A DNA stretch of 64,000 bases from an uncultured Gemmatimonadales bacterium (GTDB taxonomy: Bacteria; Gemmatimonadota; Gemmatimonadetes; Longimicrobiales; Longimicrobiaceae): NCBI GenBank assembly GCA_963716255.1, contig OY970303.1, forward strand, positions 7,712,001-7,776,000. The letters run 5' to 3'. Position numbers and translations under genes: made by a program. Position 1 is the first letter of the stretch. Each line of letters starts with the position of its first letter. Below, piece after piece: positions 55,562-64,000 of the stretch. The notes below the pieces were generated by a model. It did not search any database. It was not told the DNA's origin and saw only the letters and a program-made list of their open reading frames with translations.

Positions 55562-56931
55562 GGCCGGCGGCGGTCGCCGAGGTGCTGCGCCTGGCCGGAG
55601 AGCGCGCGGGGCTGGTCTTTTCCGCCGGGCAGGCGGAGCTCGCGGCGGCCGGGGTGCGGCGCGCCATGCAGCGCGCGGGGGTGCACGACCCGGCGGACTT
55701 CCTGGGGCTGGCCGCGGCGGGGACGGGCGCGTGGGAGGTGCTGCTGGAGGAGCTGTCCGTGGGGGAAACGTACTTCTTCCGCGAGCCGGACCAGCTCGCC
55801 TTCATCCGCGACACCGTGCTCCCGGAGCTCGCCGCGCGCGGCGGGCCGGCGGGGGTGCGCGCCTGGAGCGCCGCCTGCGCCACCGGCGAGGAAGCGTACA
55901 CCCTCGCCATGCTGCTGGGCGACGCCGGGTGCCCCGCCTTCCGCGTGCTGGGCACCGACGTGGTGCGCAGCCGGCTGGACGCCGCCGGGCGCGGCTCGTA
56001 TCGCCGCTGGTCGCTGCGCGGCGTCCCGGACGCCGCGGCCGAGCGCTGGTTCGGGCGCGAGGGCGACCGCTTCCGGGTGCGCGACGAGGTGCGGGCTGCG
56101 GTCGGTTTCGCCCCGCTCAACCTGGCCGACCCGCGCCGGGCGTACGTCGCCGCGGGCGCCTGGGGGATGGACCTGGTCCTTTGCCGCAACGTCCTCATCT
56201 ACCTGGACGACGCCACCACCCGCCACGTGGCCACGCGCCTGATGGACGCGCTCGCCCCCGGCGGATGGCTCTTCCTGGGCGCCTCCGATCCGCCGCTCGC
56301 CGGGCTGGTCCCCTGCGAGGTGGTGACGACCGGCGGCGGCATCGCCTACCGCAGGCCCGCGCGCCCCGCGGCTCCGGCCCCCGCTTCCGCGCCGTCCGCC
56401 CGGTCCCCCGCCGGGGCGCCCCCGCGCGCCGCCGCGCCGCCCCTCGCCGCGACCCCGGCCGACCCCCCGCCGACGGCGTCCGCGCCCGCGGCGCCCGCTG
56501 CCCCCACCGCGCCCGCCGAGCCCGATGCCGACGAGGCCGCCGCGCGGGTGCGCGCCCTCGCCGACCGCGGCGAGCTGGACGAGGCAGCGTCCGCGTGCGC
56601 CGCGGCGCTGCGCGGGCACCGCGACTCCCCCGAGCTGCTGGTGCTCCACTCCACGCTCCTCTTCACCGCCCGCCGCTTCGCCGAAGCCGCCGCCGCGGCG
56701 CGGCGCGCGCTCTATCTGGACCGCGGCTGCGCCGTCGCGCACCTGGCGCTGGGCAGCGCGGCGGCGCGCTCGGGCGACGCCGCGGTGGCCCGACGCGCCC
56801 TGCGCAACGCCGCCGACCTCCTGCGCTCCCATCCCGCCGGGGAGGTGGTCCCCGCCTCCGGCGGCGAGGCCGCGGCGCGGCTCCTCGCCGTCGCCGAGGC
56901 GCAGCTCCAAGTACTCGGGGAGGTGGCGTGA
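55558..56931 (+). CDS. cheR: CheR methyltransferase with C-terminal TPRs (WspC/FrzF-like)
   Basis: ETYFFRE, WSAACATGEEAYTLA, DLVLCRNVLIY; PA linker; RRALYLD TPR. Confidence 0.9.
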   Translation: MRPAAVAEVLRLAGERAGLVFSAGQAELAAAGVRRAMQRAGVHDPADFLGLAAAGTGAWEVLLEELSVGETYFFREPDQLAFIRDTVLPELAARGGPAGVRAWSAACATGEEAYTLAMLLGDAGCPAFRVLGTDVVRSRLDAAGRGSYRRWSLRGVPDAAAERWFGREGDRFRVRDEVRAAVGFAPLNLADPRRAYVAAGAWGMDLVLCRNVLIYLDDATTRHVATRLMDALAPGGWLFLGASDPPLAGLVPCEVVTTGGGIAYRRPARPAAPAPASAPSARSPAGAPPRAAAPPLAATPADPPPTASAPAAPAAPTAPAEPDADEAAARVRALADRGELDEAASACAAALRGHRDSPELLVLHSTLLFTARRFAEAAAAARRALYLDRGCAVAHLALGSAAARSGDAAVARRALRNAADLLRSHPAGEVVPASGGEAAARLLAVAEAQLQVLGEVA

Positions 56932-57515
56932 CGCCGCCGCGCCGCGCCCCGGCGGTCGACCTGGCGGAGGCCCGGCGGCGGGTGGAGGAGGCCGGGCACG
57001 CGCTGGCGCACGGCCCCGCGCCGTCCCCGGAGGGCGACCGCCGCGTGCTGGAGGAGCGCGCGCGGCTCCTCGCGCGCCCGGACGCGCCGGAAGCGTCCGG
57101 ATACGAGCTGGAGCTGGTGACCTTTTCCCTCGCCGGCGAGCGCTTCGCCATCGACGCCGGGTACCTGCTGGCCGTCGCCCGCGTGGAGCGCGTGACCACC
57201 GTGCCGGGCACCGACCCCACCGTCTACGGGGTCATGGCGTGGCGCGGCGAGCTGCTCCTGATCCGCGACTACCGCACCCTCCTGGGGCTCGCCGCCGACC
57301 CGGACAGGGCGCCCGGGTGCGTGCTGGTGGCCGGCGAGGATCGCCCCGCCTTCGGCATACTGGCCGACGAGCCCGGGGAGTTCGTGCGCATCCCCGCCTC
57401 GCAGGTGCACCCGGCTCCCGGGAGGGAGGACGTGGGGCTGAACATCGTGCGCGGGGTGACCGGCGGGATGCTGATGGTGCTGGACGCCGTGGAGCTGTGG
57501 AACCTACATGGATGA
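56928..57515 (+). CDS. cheW: Second CheW (WspD-like)
   Basis: LEERARLLA, FSLAGERFAI, VPG...GVMAWRGELL. Confidence 0.8.
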   Translation: MTPPRRAPAVDLAEARRRVEEAGHALAHGPAPSPEGDRRVLEERARLLARPDAPEASGYELELVTFSLAGERFAIDAGYLLAVARVERVTTVPGTDPTVYGVMAWRGELLLIRDYRTLLGLAADPDRAPGCVLVAGEDRPAFGILADEPGEFVRIPASQVHPAPGREDVGLNIVRGVTGGMLMVLDAVELWNLHG

Positions 57516-57530
57516 CACAAGGAGGAGCCG

Positions 57531-59009
57531 GTGCAGAAGACGGTGAGCCGCCGCATCGCGTCGGGCTTCGCGGTGGCGCTGGGGCTGATGCTGGTGGTGA
57601 CGGCGGTGGCGGGGCTCGCACTGCACCAGGCCACCCGGGCGTACCAGGCCGCGCTGAAGCAGCAGCGGAACAACGAGATCCCCGCGCTGGAGACCCGGCT
57701 GGCGTACATGGAGGCGAACCTCAACTTCGTCCGCTACCTCCTGGCGCCCTCCGACAACTGGTCCCGGCGGCGCGAAACGGCGGTCGCGGGCGTCATGGCC
57801 CAGCTGGACACGCTGCGGCGCACCTCCCACAGCCCCGAGGCGCGCGAGCTCTGGCAGGACGCCATCGCGTCCATGTCGGACTGGAACGACGCCTCGCGCG
57901 ATGCCATGGAAGCGGCGCGCAGCGGGAGCATGGCCGACGCGCTGCGCATCCGCGACACGCGCACCTTCCCCACCGGCACGGCGTTCATCCGGGCGGTGGA
58001 TGACGGCCTGCAGGCGGAGCGCCGCGAGACCGACGACACCGTCAGGGCGGCCGAGAAGGCCGCACGCTGGACGATGTGGGGGCTCGCCGGCGCCGCGCTC
58101 CTCGCGCTGGTGGTGGGCGTCGCCTCGGCGCTGCGCCTGTACCGCGACGTGAGCGACCCGCTGCGCGAGTCCACCGGCGTGCTCGCCTCCAGCGCAAGCG
58201 AGATCCTCGCCGCCACCCGGCAGCAGGCCGCCGGCGCCAGCCAGTCCATGGCCGCCGTGGCCGAGACCGCCGCCACCGTCGACCAGGTGGCCCAGACCGC
58301 CGAGCAGGCGGCGCAGCGGGCCCGCATGGTGGCCGAGTCGGCGCAGCGCACCGCCGAGATCGGCAAGACCGGGCGCCGCGCCGTGGAGGAGTCACAGGCC
58401 TCCATGGCCGGGGTGCGCGAGCAGGTGGAGTCCATCGCCGCCAGCATCCTCGCCCTCGCCGAGCAGGCCCAGGCCATCGGCGAGATCATCGCCACGGTGG
58501 ACGATATCGCCGGGCAGACCAACCTGCTCGCCCTGAACGCCGCCATCGAGGCGTCGCGCGCCGGCGAGTACGGCCGCGGCTTCGCCGTGGTCGCGCAGGA
58601 GATCCGCAGCCTGGCGGAGCAGTCGCGGGGCGCCACCGTGCAGGTCCGCCAGCTCCTGGGCGAGATCCAGCGCGCCACCACCACCGCGGTGATGACCACC
58701 GAGGAGGGGACCAAGCAGGCCGCCGTGGGCGCGCGCCAGGTCGCCGAGGCCGGCGACACCATCCGCCTCCTCGCCGAGACCGCCTCCGACGCCGCGCAGG
58801 CCGCCGCGCAGATCGTGGCCTCCGCCGGGCAGCAGGCCTCGGGGATGGGGCAGATCCGCCAGGCCATGCGCGACATCCAGACGGCCACCCAGCAGAACCT
58901 GTCCGCCACCCAGCAGACCGAGCGCGCCGCCCAGGACCTGAGCCGCATCGGCCTGTCGCTGATGGAGCTGGTGGGGACCGACCGCCGGGCGGGGCCGCGC
59001 CCGGGATGA
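57531..59009 (+). CDS. Methyl-accepting chemotaxis protein
   Basis: Two TM helices around a helical sensor domain; [34 protein letters not shown] hairpin. Confidence 0.93.
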   Translation: MQKTVSRRIASGFAVALGLMLVVTAVAGLALHQATRAYQAALKQQRNNEIPALETRLAYMEANLNFVRYLLAPSDNWSRRRETAVAGVMAQLDTLRRTSHSPEARELWQDAIASMSDWNDASRDAMEAARSGSMADALRIRDTRTFPTGTAFIRAVDDGLQAERRETDDTVRAAEKAARWTMWGLAGAALLALVVGVASALRLYRDVSDPLRESTGVLASSASEILAATRQQAAGASQSMAAVAETAATVDQVAQTAEQAAQRARMVAESAQRTAEIGKTGRRAVEESQASMAGVREQVESIAASILALAEQAQAIGEIIATVDDIAGQTNLLALNAAIEASRAGEYGRGFAVVAQEIRSLAEQSRGATVQVRQLLGEIQRATTTAVMTTEEGTKQAAVGARQVAEAGDTIRLLAETASDAAQAAAQIVASAGQQASGMGQIRQAMRDIQTATQQNLSATQQTERAAQDLSRIGLSLMELVGTDRRAGPRPG

Positions 59010-61174
59010 GCCGCGGCTCGCTGGCCGCGCGGCTCCTGGCCGCGTTCCTGGAGGACCTGGACGAGCAGCTCCGCGCCATGGACGCCGACCTGCTCGCGCT
59101 GGAGGCGAACCCCGCCGACGGGGAGCGCCTCCGCTCGCTCTTCCGCGTCGCCCACACCGTCAAGGGCGCCGCGCGCGCCGCCTCCGTCCCCCTGGTGGAG
59201 GAGGCCTGCCACGCGCTGGAGGCGCGCCTGTCCGACCTCCGCGACGGCGCCCGCTCGCTGGACGCCGCCGCCTTCCGCGCGCTCTTCGCCGCCGCGGACG
59301 CCCTGCGCGAGGCCGGCGCCCGGCTGGCCGCGGGCGAGCCGCTGGAGGGCTCGCGCGTGGAGCGGCTGGCCGGGCTGCTGCGCGAGCACGGCCTCGCCTT
59401 CCCGGAGGAGGCGCCCGCCCCGGAGGCCGCGGCCGCCGAGCGGGCCAACGGCCGGGTGCGGGTGGAGGCGGAAAAGCTGGACGCGCTCCTCGCCTCCGCA
59501 GTGCAGCTGATGTCCTCGCGCGGACGCATCGCCGCGCGCGTGTCCCGGGCGGCCGCGCTCCGCGACTCGCTGGCGCGCGCCGAGTCCCGGCACCGGCGCA
59601 TGGCGCGCACCGTCCGCGCCGCACTGGAGCACGCCGGCGCTCCCCCCGCCGTGGCCGAGGGGCTGGCCGCCGCCGGCGAGGAGCTGCGCCACGCCGCCCG
59701 CGAGGCCGCCCGCCTCGCGGCCGAGGCCGCCGCCGAGGCGCGGGAGCTGGGGCAGGTCACCGACGAGCTCACCGAGCGCGTCCGCCGCCTGCGCCTGCGC
59801 CCCTTCGCGGACGCCTGCGAGGCGCTCCCGCGCGTGGCCCGCGACGTGGCCGCGGCCGCGGGCCGGGAGGTGCGGCTGGTGGTGCGCGGCGGCGAGGTGC
59901 AGGCCGACCGCGGGGTGATCGAGGGGCTTCGCGAGGCGCTGCTGCACCTGGTGAGGAACGCCGTGGACCACGGCATCGAGCCGCCCGAGGAGCGGGAGGC
60001 GCGCGGCAAGCCCCGCGCGGGGACGCTCACGGTCTCCGCCGCGCTTCACCGCGAGCGCATGACCGTCACCGTGGAGGACGACGGCCGGGGGATCGACACC
60101 GGCGCCGTGCGCGCCGCGCTGGAGCGCCGCGGCCTCCCCGTCCCGGCCGACGAGCGCGAGCTGGCGCGGTCCCTCTTCGCCCCCGGGCTGAGCACCCGCA
60201 CCGAGGCCACACGCATCTCCGGGCGCGGCGTGGGGCTGGACGCCGTGCGCGCCGCCGCCGAGCGCGTCCGCGGCACGCTGGACGTCACCTGGACCACGGG
60301 CGCCGGGGCGACCTTCGTGCTGGAAACGCCGCTGGTGCTCGCCACGCTGCGCGCGCTGCTGGTGAGGGTGGGCGACCACCTGCTGGCGCTCCCCACCTCG
60401 GCCGTGGACGCCCTGGTCCGCATCCCCCCCGGGGCGGTGCACCGCGCCGACGGCCGCGACCTCGCCGTGCTGGACGACGTCCCCGTGCAGGTGGCCTCCC
60501 TCGCCCGCATCCTGGGCCCGCCGCTGCGCGAGGCCCGCGACCCCGGCGCGCCGCTGGTGGCCGCGCTGCTGCGCTCCGGCGGCCGCCGCTTCGCCGCGGT
60601 GGTCGACGAGCCCGTCGGCGAGCTGGAGGTGGTCGTGCGCCCCCTGGAGCGCCCCGAGGGCCCTCTCCCGCACCTCCTGGGCGCTGCCATCCTGGGCACC
60701 GGCGAGGTGGCGCTGGTGCTCAGCCCGGCCAGCCTGGTGGAGGCCGCCGGCGCCCTGGCCGGAGGAGAGCCGCTGGCCGGGACCGGGGCGGACGCCGCGC
60801 CCCCCGCCCGGCACCGCGTCCTGGTGGTGGACGACTCCATCACCACCCGCACCCTGGAGCAGAGCACCCTGGAGGCGGCCGGCTACGAAGTGGCGGTCGC
60901 CGTCGACGGCGAGGCCGCCTGGGCGCGGCTCCAGCAGGGGGGGATCGAGGTGGTGGTCACCGACGTGGAGATGCCGCGCATGGGCGGCATCGAGCTGTGC
61001 CAGGCGATCCGCGCCTCCGAGCGCTTCGCCTCGCTCCCCGTGGTCCTGGTGACCTCGCTGGACTCCGCAGAGCACCGGGCGCGCGGCCTGGAGGCCGGCG
61101 CCGACGCCTACGTCGGCAAGGCCGCCTTCGACCAGCAGGGGCTGCTCCAGATCATCCGCCAGCTGGTGGGGTGA
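59006..61174 (+). CDS. cheA: CheA-REC hybrid kinase (WspE/FrzE-like)
   Basis: Hpt [26 protein letters not shown], CheW domain, C-terminal VVDDS receiver. Confidence 0.92.
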   Translation: MSRGSLAARLLAAFLEDLDEQLRAMDADLLALEANPADGERLRSLFRVAHTVKGAARAASVPLVEEACHALEARLSDLRDGARSLDAAAFRALFAAADALREAGARLAAGEPLEGSRVERLAGLLREHGLAFPEEAPAPEAAAAERANGRVRVEAEKLDALLASAVQLMSSRGRIAARVSRAAALRDSLARAESRHRRMARTVRAALEHAGAPPAVAEGLAAAGEELRHAAREAARLAAEAAAEARELGQVTDELTERVRRLRLRPFADACEALPRVARDVAAAAGREVRLVVRGGEVQADRGVIEGLREALLHLVRNAVDHGIEPPEEREARGKPRAGTLTVSAALHRERMTVTVEDDGRGIDTGAVRAALERRGLPVPADERELARSLFAPGLSTRTEATRISGRGVGLDAVRAAAERVRGTLDVTWTTGAGATFVLETPLVLATLRALLVRVGDHLLALPTSAVDALVRIPPGAVHRADGRDLAVLDDVPVQVASLARILGPPLREARDPGAPLVAALLRSGGRRFAAVVDEPVGELEVVVRPLERPEGPLPHLLGAAILGTGEVALVLSPASLVEAAGALAGGEPLAGTGADAAPPARHRVLVVDDSITTRTLEQSTLEAAGYEVAVAVDGEAAWARLQQGGIEVVVTDVEMPRMGGIELCQAIRASERFASLPVVLVTSLDSAEHRARGLEAGADAYVGKAAFDQQGLLQIIRQLVG

Positions 61175-61182
61175 GGAGCCCG

Positions 61183-62238
61183 ATGATCCGCGTGCTCGTC
61201 GCCGAGGACTCCCGGGCGGAGCGCGCGCTCCTGGTGTCCATCCTGGAGAGCGATCCCGCCATCCGGGTGGTGGGCGAGGCCGCCGACGGCGCGCAGGCCG
61301 TGGAGATGACGCTGCGCCTCCGCCCGGACCTCGTCACCATGGACGTGCACATGCCTCTCCTGGACGGGCTGGAGGCCACCCGCGAGATCATGGTCCGCGC
61401 CCCCACGCCCATCGTGGTGGTCTCCTCCAGCGTCCGTCCCGACGACATCACCCTGTCGCTGCGCGCCACCGGGGCCGGGGCCCTCGCCGCGGTCGCCAAG
61501 CCCGAGGGCCCCGCCTCGCCCCGCTTCGAGGAGGACCGCGCCCAGCTCGTATCCATGGTCCGGGCCATGGCCGACGTCAAGGTGGTGCGCCGCTGGAGCG
61601 CCCGCCCCGAGGGCGGGGTTCCCCCGGCGCCCACGCCCGCCCCGCGGGCCCCCGTGCGCCTGGTCGCGGTCGCCGCCTCCACCGGCGGCCCCGTCGCCCT
61701 CCAGACCCTCCTGTCCGCGCTCCCCGCCTCGTTCCCGGTCCCCGTGCTGGTGGTGCAGCACATGTCCCGTGGCTTCGTGGAGGTGCTGGCGCGCTGGCTC
61801 GGCACCGCCACCGCCCTGCGCGTCAGGGTCGCCGTGGCGGGCGAGCGCCTAGTCCCCGGCACCGTGTACCTCGCCCCCGACGACCAGCACCTGGGCACGA
61901 CCCCCGACGGCGCCGCCGTGGAGCTGTCCGCCGCCCCGCCGCTGGAAGGCTTCCGTCCGTCCGCGTCGCACCTGTTCCGCTCCGCCGCCGCCGCGTACGG
62001 CGAGTCGCTGCTGGCGGTGATCCTCACCGGCATGGGGAGCGACGGCGTGCGCGGCCTGCGCGCGGCGCGGGCCGCCGGGGCGCTGGTGCTGGCCCAGGAC
62101 GAGGAGTCCAGCGTGATCTACGGGATGCCGCGGGAAGCGGTGCAGGCGGGAGTCGTGGGGGCCGTGCTGCCGCTCGAGTCCATCGGACCGCGGCTGGCGA
62201 GTCTTGTTTCCGCGAGTGGGGTGGACGATTTGTTCTGA
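61183..62238 (+). CDS. cheB: CheB methylesterase with receiver domain (WspF/FrzG-like)
   Basis: VAEDS, ASTGGP, VQHM, LTGMGSDG, IYGMP. Confidence 0.93.
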   Translation: MIRVLVAEDSRAERALLVSILESDPAIRVVGEAADGAQAVEMTLRLRPDLVTMDVHMPLLDGLEATREIMVRAPTPIVVVSSSVRPDDITLSLRATGAGALAAVAKPEGPASPRFEEDRAQLVSMVRAMADVKVVRRWSARPEGGVPPAPTPAPRAPVRLVAVAASTGGPVALQTLLSALPASFPVPVLVVQHMSRGFVEVLARWLGTATALRVRVAVAGERLVPGTVYLAPDDQHLGTTPDGAAVELSAAPPLEGFRPSASHLFRSAAAAYGESLLAVILTGMGSDGVRGLRAARAAGALVLAQDEESSVIYGMPREAVQAGVVGAVLPLESIGPRLASLVSASGVDDLF

Positions 62239-62262
62239 ACGGGGAAGGGAACTGACGGTTTT

Positions 62263-62392
62263 GGGCGTGCCCCCGGCTGGCGCCGGGGTCGGGCTTCGGC
62301 TCCGTAGGGCTGCAAACAACGCAGCCCAACGGAGTCGAGCCCCGCGAAACGGCCCGCGGGTCTCGCCCCTTCGGGCCGGAATCCCTCACGCG
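62263..62392 (+). repeat. Structured intergenic repeat, full copy
   Basis: Variable stems GGGCTGC/GCAGCCC and CCCGCG/CGCGGG. Confidence 0.92.
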
Positions 62393-62415
62393 GGGCTCGC
62401 GCTGGCGTCGGCTGG

Positions 62416-62470
62416 CCCCCCACCCGGCTCGCTTGAGGCTCGCCACCCTCCCCCGCAAGCGAGGGAGGGC
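62416..62470 (+). repeat. Second repeat family copy
   Basis: CCCACCCGGCTCGCTTGAGGCTCGCCACCCTCCCCCGCAAGCGAGGGAGGG, adjacent to the structured repeat as at 39860. Confidence 0.8.
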
Positions 62471-62685
62471 TGACCGAAGGTCAGGCAGTTTGCCGTTGCG
62501 ACCTGCGCCGGGAGGTCGGGGAAGGCTGCGCAGGAGGTGCGTTGTTCGAAGCCAGCGTGATCCCGCCCTCGCACGGAGCGTGAGCGAGTGCTCTGCGAGT
62601 CCCTTCGGGTTCCGCACCGACGGAGCAGCCGCCCCCGGCCGACCCCAAACACCGGAGGCTGCCGAAGCACACCGTCGTTCTCTCC

Positions 62686-63225
62686 CTACTCGGCGGCCTC
62701 CACCATCTCCAGCACCTCGCGGAGGGTGGTCTCTCCCCGGTCGCGCGCGTACCACTTCCGCACGTCCCGGTAGATCTCCTCCGGAGGTCGCGTGCCGGCG
62801 CTCTTTTCACGCAGCACGAACTCCTGGAGCTCCGCGGGGCGCGGGCCCCAGCGGCCACGCGGGCGGAACTGCTCGTCGAGCAGGACGACGAGCGGGATGG
62901 AGCGGGCGGCGCCGGTCAGGTACGCGTCCATCAGCTCCGGGTTCTCGTCGCGCTTCACCACCCGCATCTCCAGCTGCGGCGCGGATCCGGCGAGCGCGGC
63001 GATCACCGGGACGGTGTTGGACGCGTCGCCGCACCAGTCCTCCGAGATCACCAGCAGCTTCCAGCTCCCCCCCGCCGCCGCCGCGCGCTCCAGCGCCCAC
63101 CCGGGCACCCTCACCCCCCTCGCGACGCCCTCCCACAGGGCGCGGTTGGTCACCACCTCGTCCGCCATGTACGCGTCCCAGGTGAAGCCCCCGTCCCAGT
63201 ACCCGCGGTAGTCCAGGTCCGCCAT
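62686..63225 (-). CDS. Thioredoxin-like protein (single-Cys WCGD type)
   Basis: EDWCGDA, RDENPELMD.YLT..ARSIP, WGPRP. Confidence 0.85.
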   Translation of the reverse strand: MADLDYRGYWDGGFTWDAYMADEVVTNRALWEGVARGVRVPGWALERAAAAGGSWKLLVISEDWCGDASNTVPVIAALAGSAPQLEMRVVKRDENPELMDAYLTGAARSIPLVVLLDEQFRPRGRWGPRPAELQEFVLREKSAGTRPPEEIYRDVRKWYARDRGETTLREVLEMVEAAE

Positions 63226-63411
63226 TTCGGCTCCGCCAATCAGGTCGTGATCGTGCCGGCGCGCCCCCCGCGCCGCCAGTGCCCACGCCCCGTCCGCAAG
63301 CTGCGCACCCCGCCGATCCGGACGGGGGCGGGCGTGGCTTTTGCATTCCCGCCCCGCTCGGCGCCCGAAGACCGGAGGGTCTTGGACCATCCACTTCAAA
63401 CCAGACGGGAT

Positions 63412-64000
63412 ATGATCACGAAACAGGACCTCGAGCGGCTGATGCAGCGGACGGACGGCGGGCGGCCCGTCCTCTCACTCTTCCTCGACATGTCGGTCAA
63501 CTCCGACAACAAGCGCACCCACAGCACCGTCTTCCTCAACCAGAAGCAGAGCCAGTTCGAGGAGCTGGACGGGAGCCAGGCCCCGGACGTAGGGGATGCA
63601 TTCGACCGCGTGCGCGCATGGCTGGCCGACGGCTACGCCGAGGAGAACCGCGGCGTCGTCGTCTACACCGAGGTGGGAGGCGACTGGTTCGAGGCGCTCC
63701 AGTTCCCCGTCCCCGTGCAGAGCCGCGCGACCCTGAGCCCCCGCCCGCTGATCGCGCCGCTGGCGCAGGTCATCGGCAGCTACCACCACCACGGCGTGGT
63801 ACTGCTGGACCGCGAGCACGTGCGCATCCTCAGCATCTACCTGGGCACCCTGCTGGACGAGTTCGAGGTGCACGGCGACCCGCTCCCCGTTCCCTCGCAC
63901 GTGCAGGCCGGGGGATACTCGCAGGCCCGCTTCCAGCGCCGCAAGGCCGAGGAGATGCGGCATTTCTTCAAGGAGTTCGCCAAGGAGGTGGAGACCTTCG
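63412..64000 (+). CDS. Bacterial archaeo-eukaryotic release factor-like (aeRF1/Vms1 superfamily) protein, 3'-truncated by window edge
   Basis: Not in the ORF track; manual translation gives MITKQDLERL...PVLSLFLD...VVLLDREH...HVQAGGYSQARFQRRKAEEMRHFFK, open to the edge. Confidence 0.75.
   Translation, partial: MITKQDLERLMQRTDGGRPVLSLFLDMSVNSDNKRTHSTVFLNQKQSQFEELDGSQAPDVGDAFDRVRAWLADGYAEENRGVVVYTEVGGDWFEALQFPVPVQSRATLSPRPLIAPLAQVIGSYHHHGVVLLDREHVRILSIYLGTLLDEFEVHGDPLPVPSHVQAGGYSQARFQRRKAEEMRHFFKEFAKEVETF

Overview
This is a very GC-rich bacterial chromosomal window; gene content and style suggest Gemmatimonadota (Longimicrobium-like), which is an inference. In order, it contains: an RND efflux pair; a BlaI/M56 module whose M56-PDZ gene is split by an 11-bp duplication; a Cdc48-type AAA ATPase and HtrA; a ~26 kb phosphate region (phoBR, phosphate porin, two TonB-dependent receptors, a beta-helix lipoprotein, PiT/DUF47, pstSCAB-phoU) with recurring 11-bp-period GTTAC boxes; SDR and IDH genes; an uncharacterised five-gene operon (two asparagine-synthase-like ligases, a membrane TOPRIM-like protein, a cupin and one more membrane protein); glutaryl-CoA dehydrogenase; a five-tRNA plus RNase P RNA operon that includes an unusual tRNA-Leu(AAG); a one-gene islet; a Wsp/Frz-like chemosensory operon; a thioredoxin; and a truncated aeRF1-like gene. 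The most interesting signal is three homologous two-gene modules (10259-11733, 12199-13679, 22218-23719). In each, a 57-64 aa lipobox-bearing secreted propeptide ending in Arg plus a Gly-rich 8-9 aa tail (GGTLIGSGT, GGTLMGSGN, GIFTIGGG) converges tail-to-tail on a ~425-aa cytoplasmic TPR protein. This is a candidate RRNPP-like peptide-receptor signalling system in a diderm lineage. Also notable is a ~135-bp multi-stem intergenic repeat (9 full copies plus 1 partial) showing compensatory stem changes. All functional calls come from motif recognition by eye; no database searches were run.
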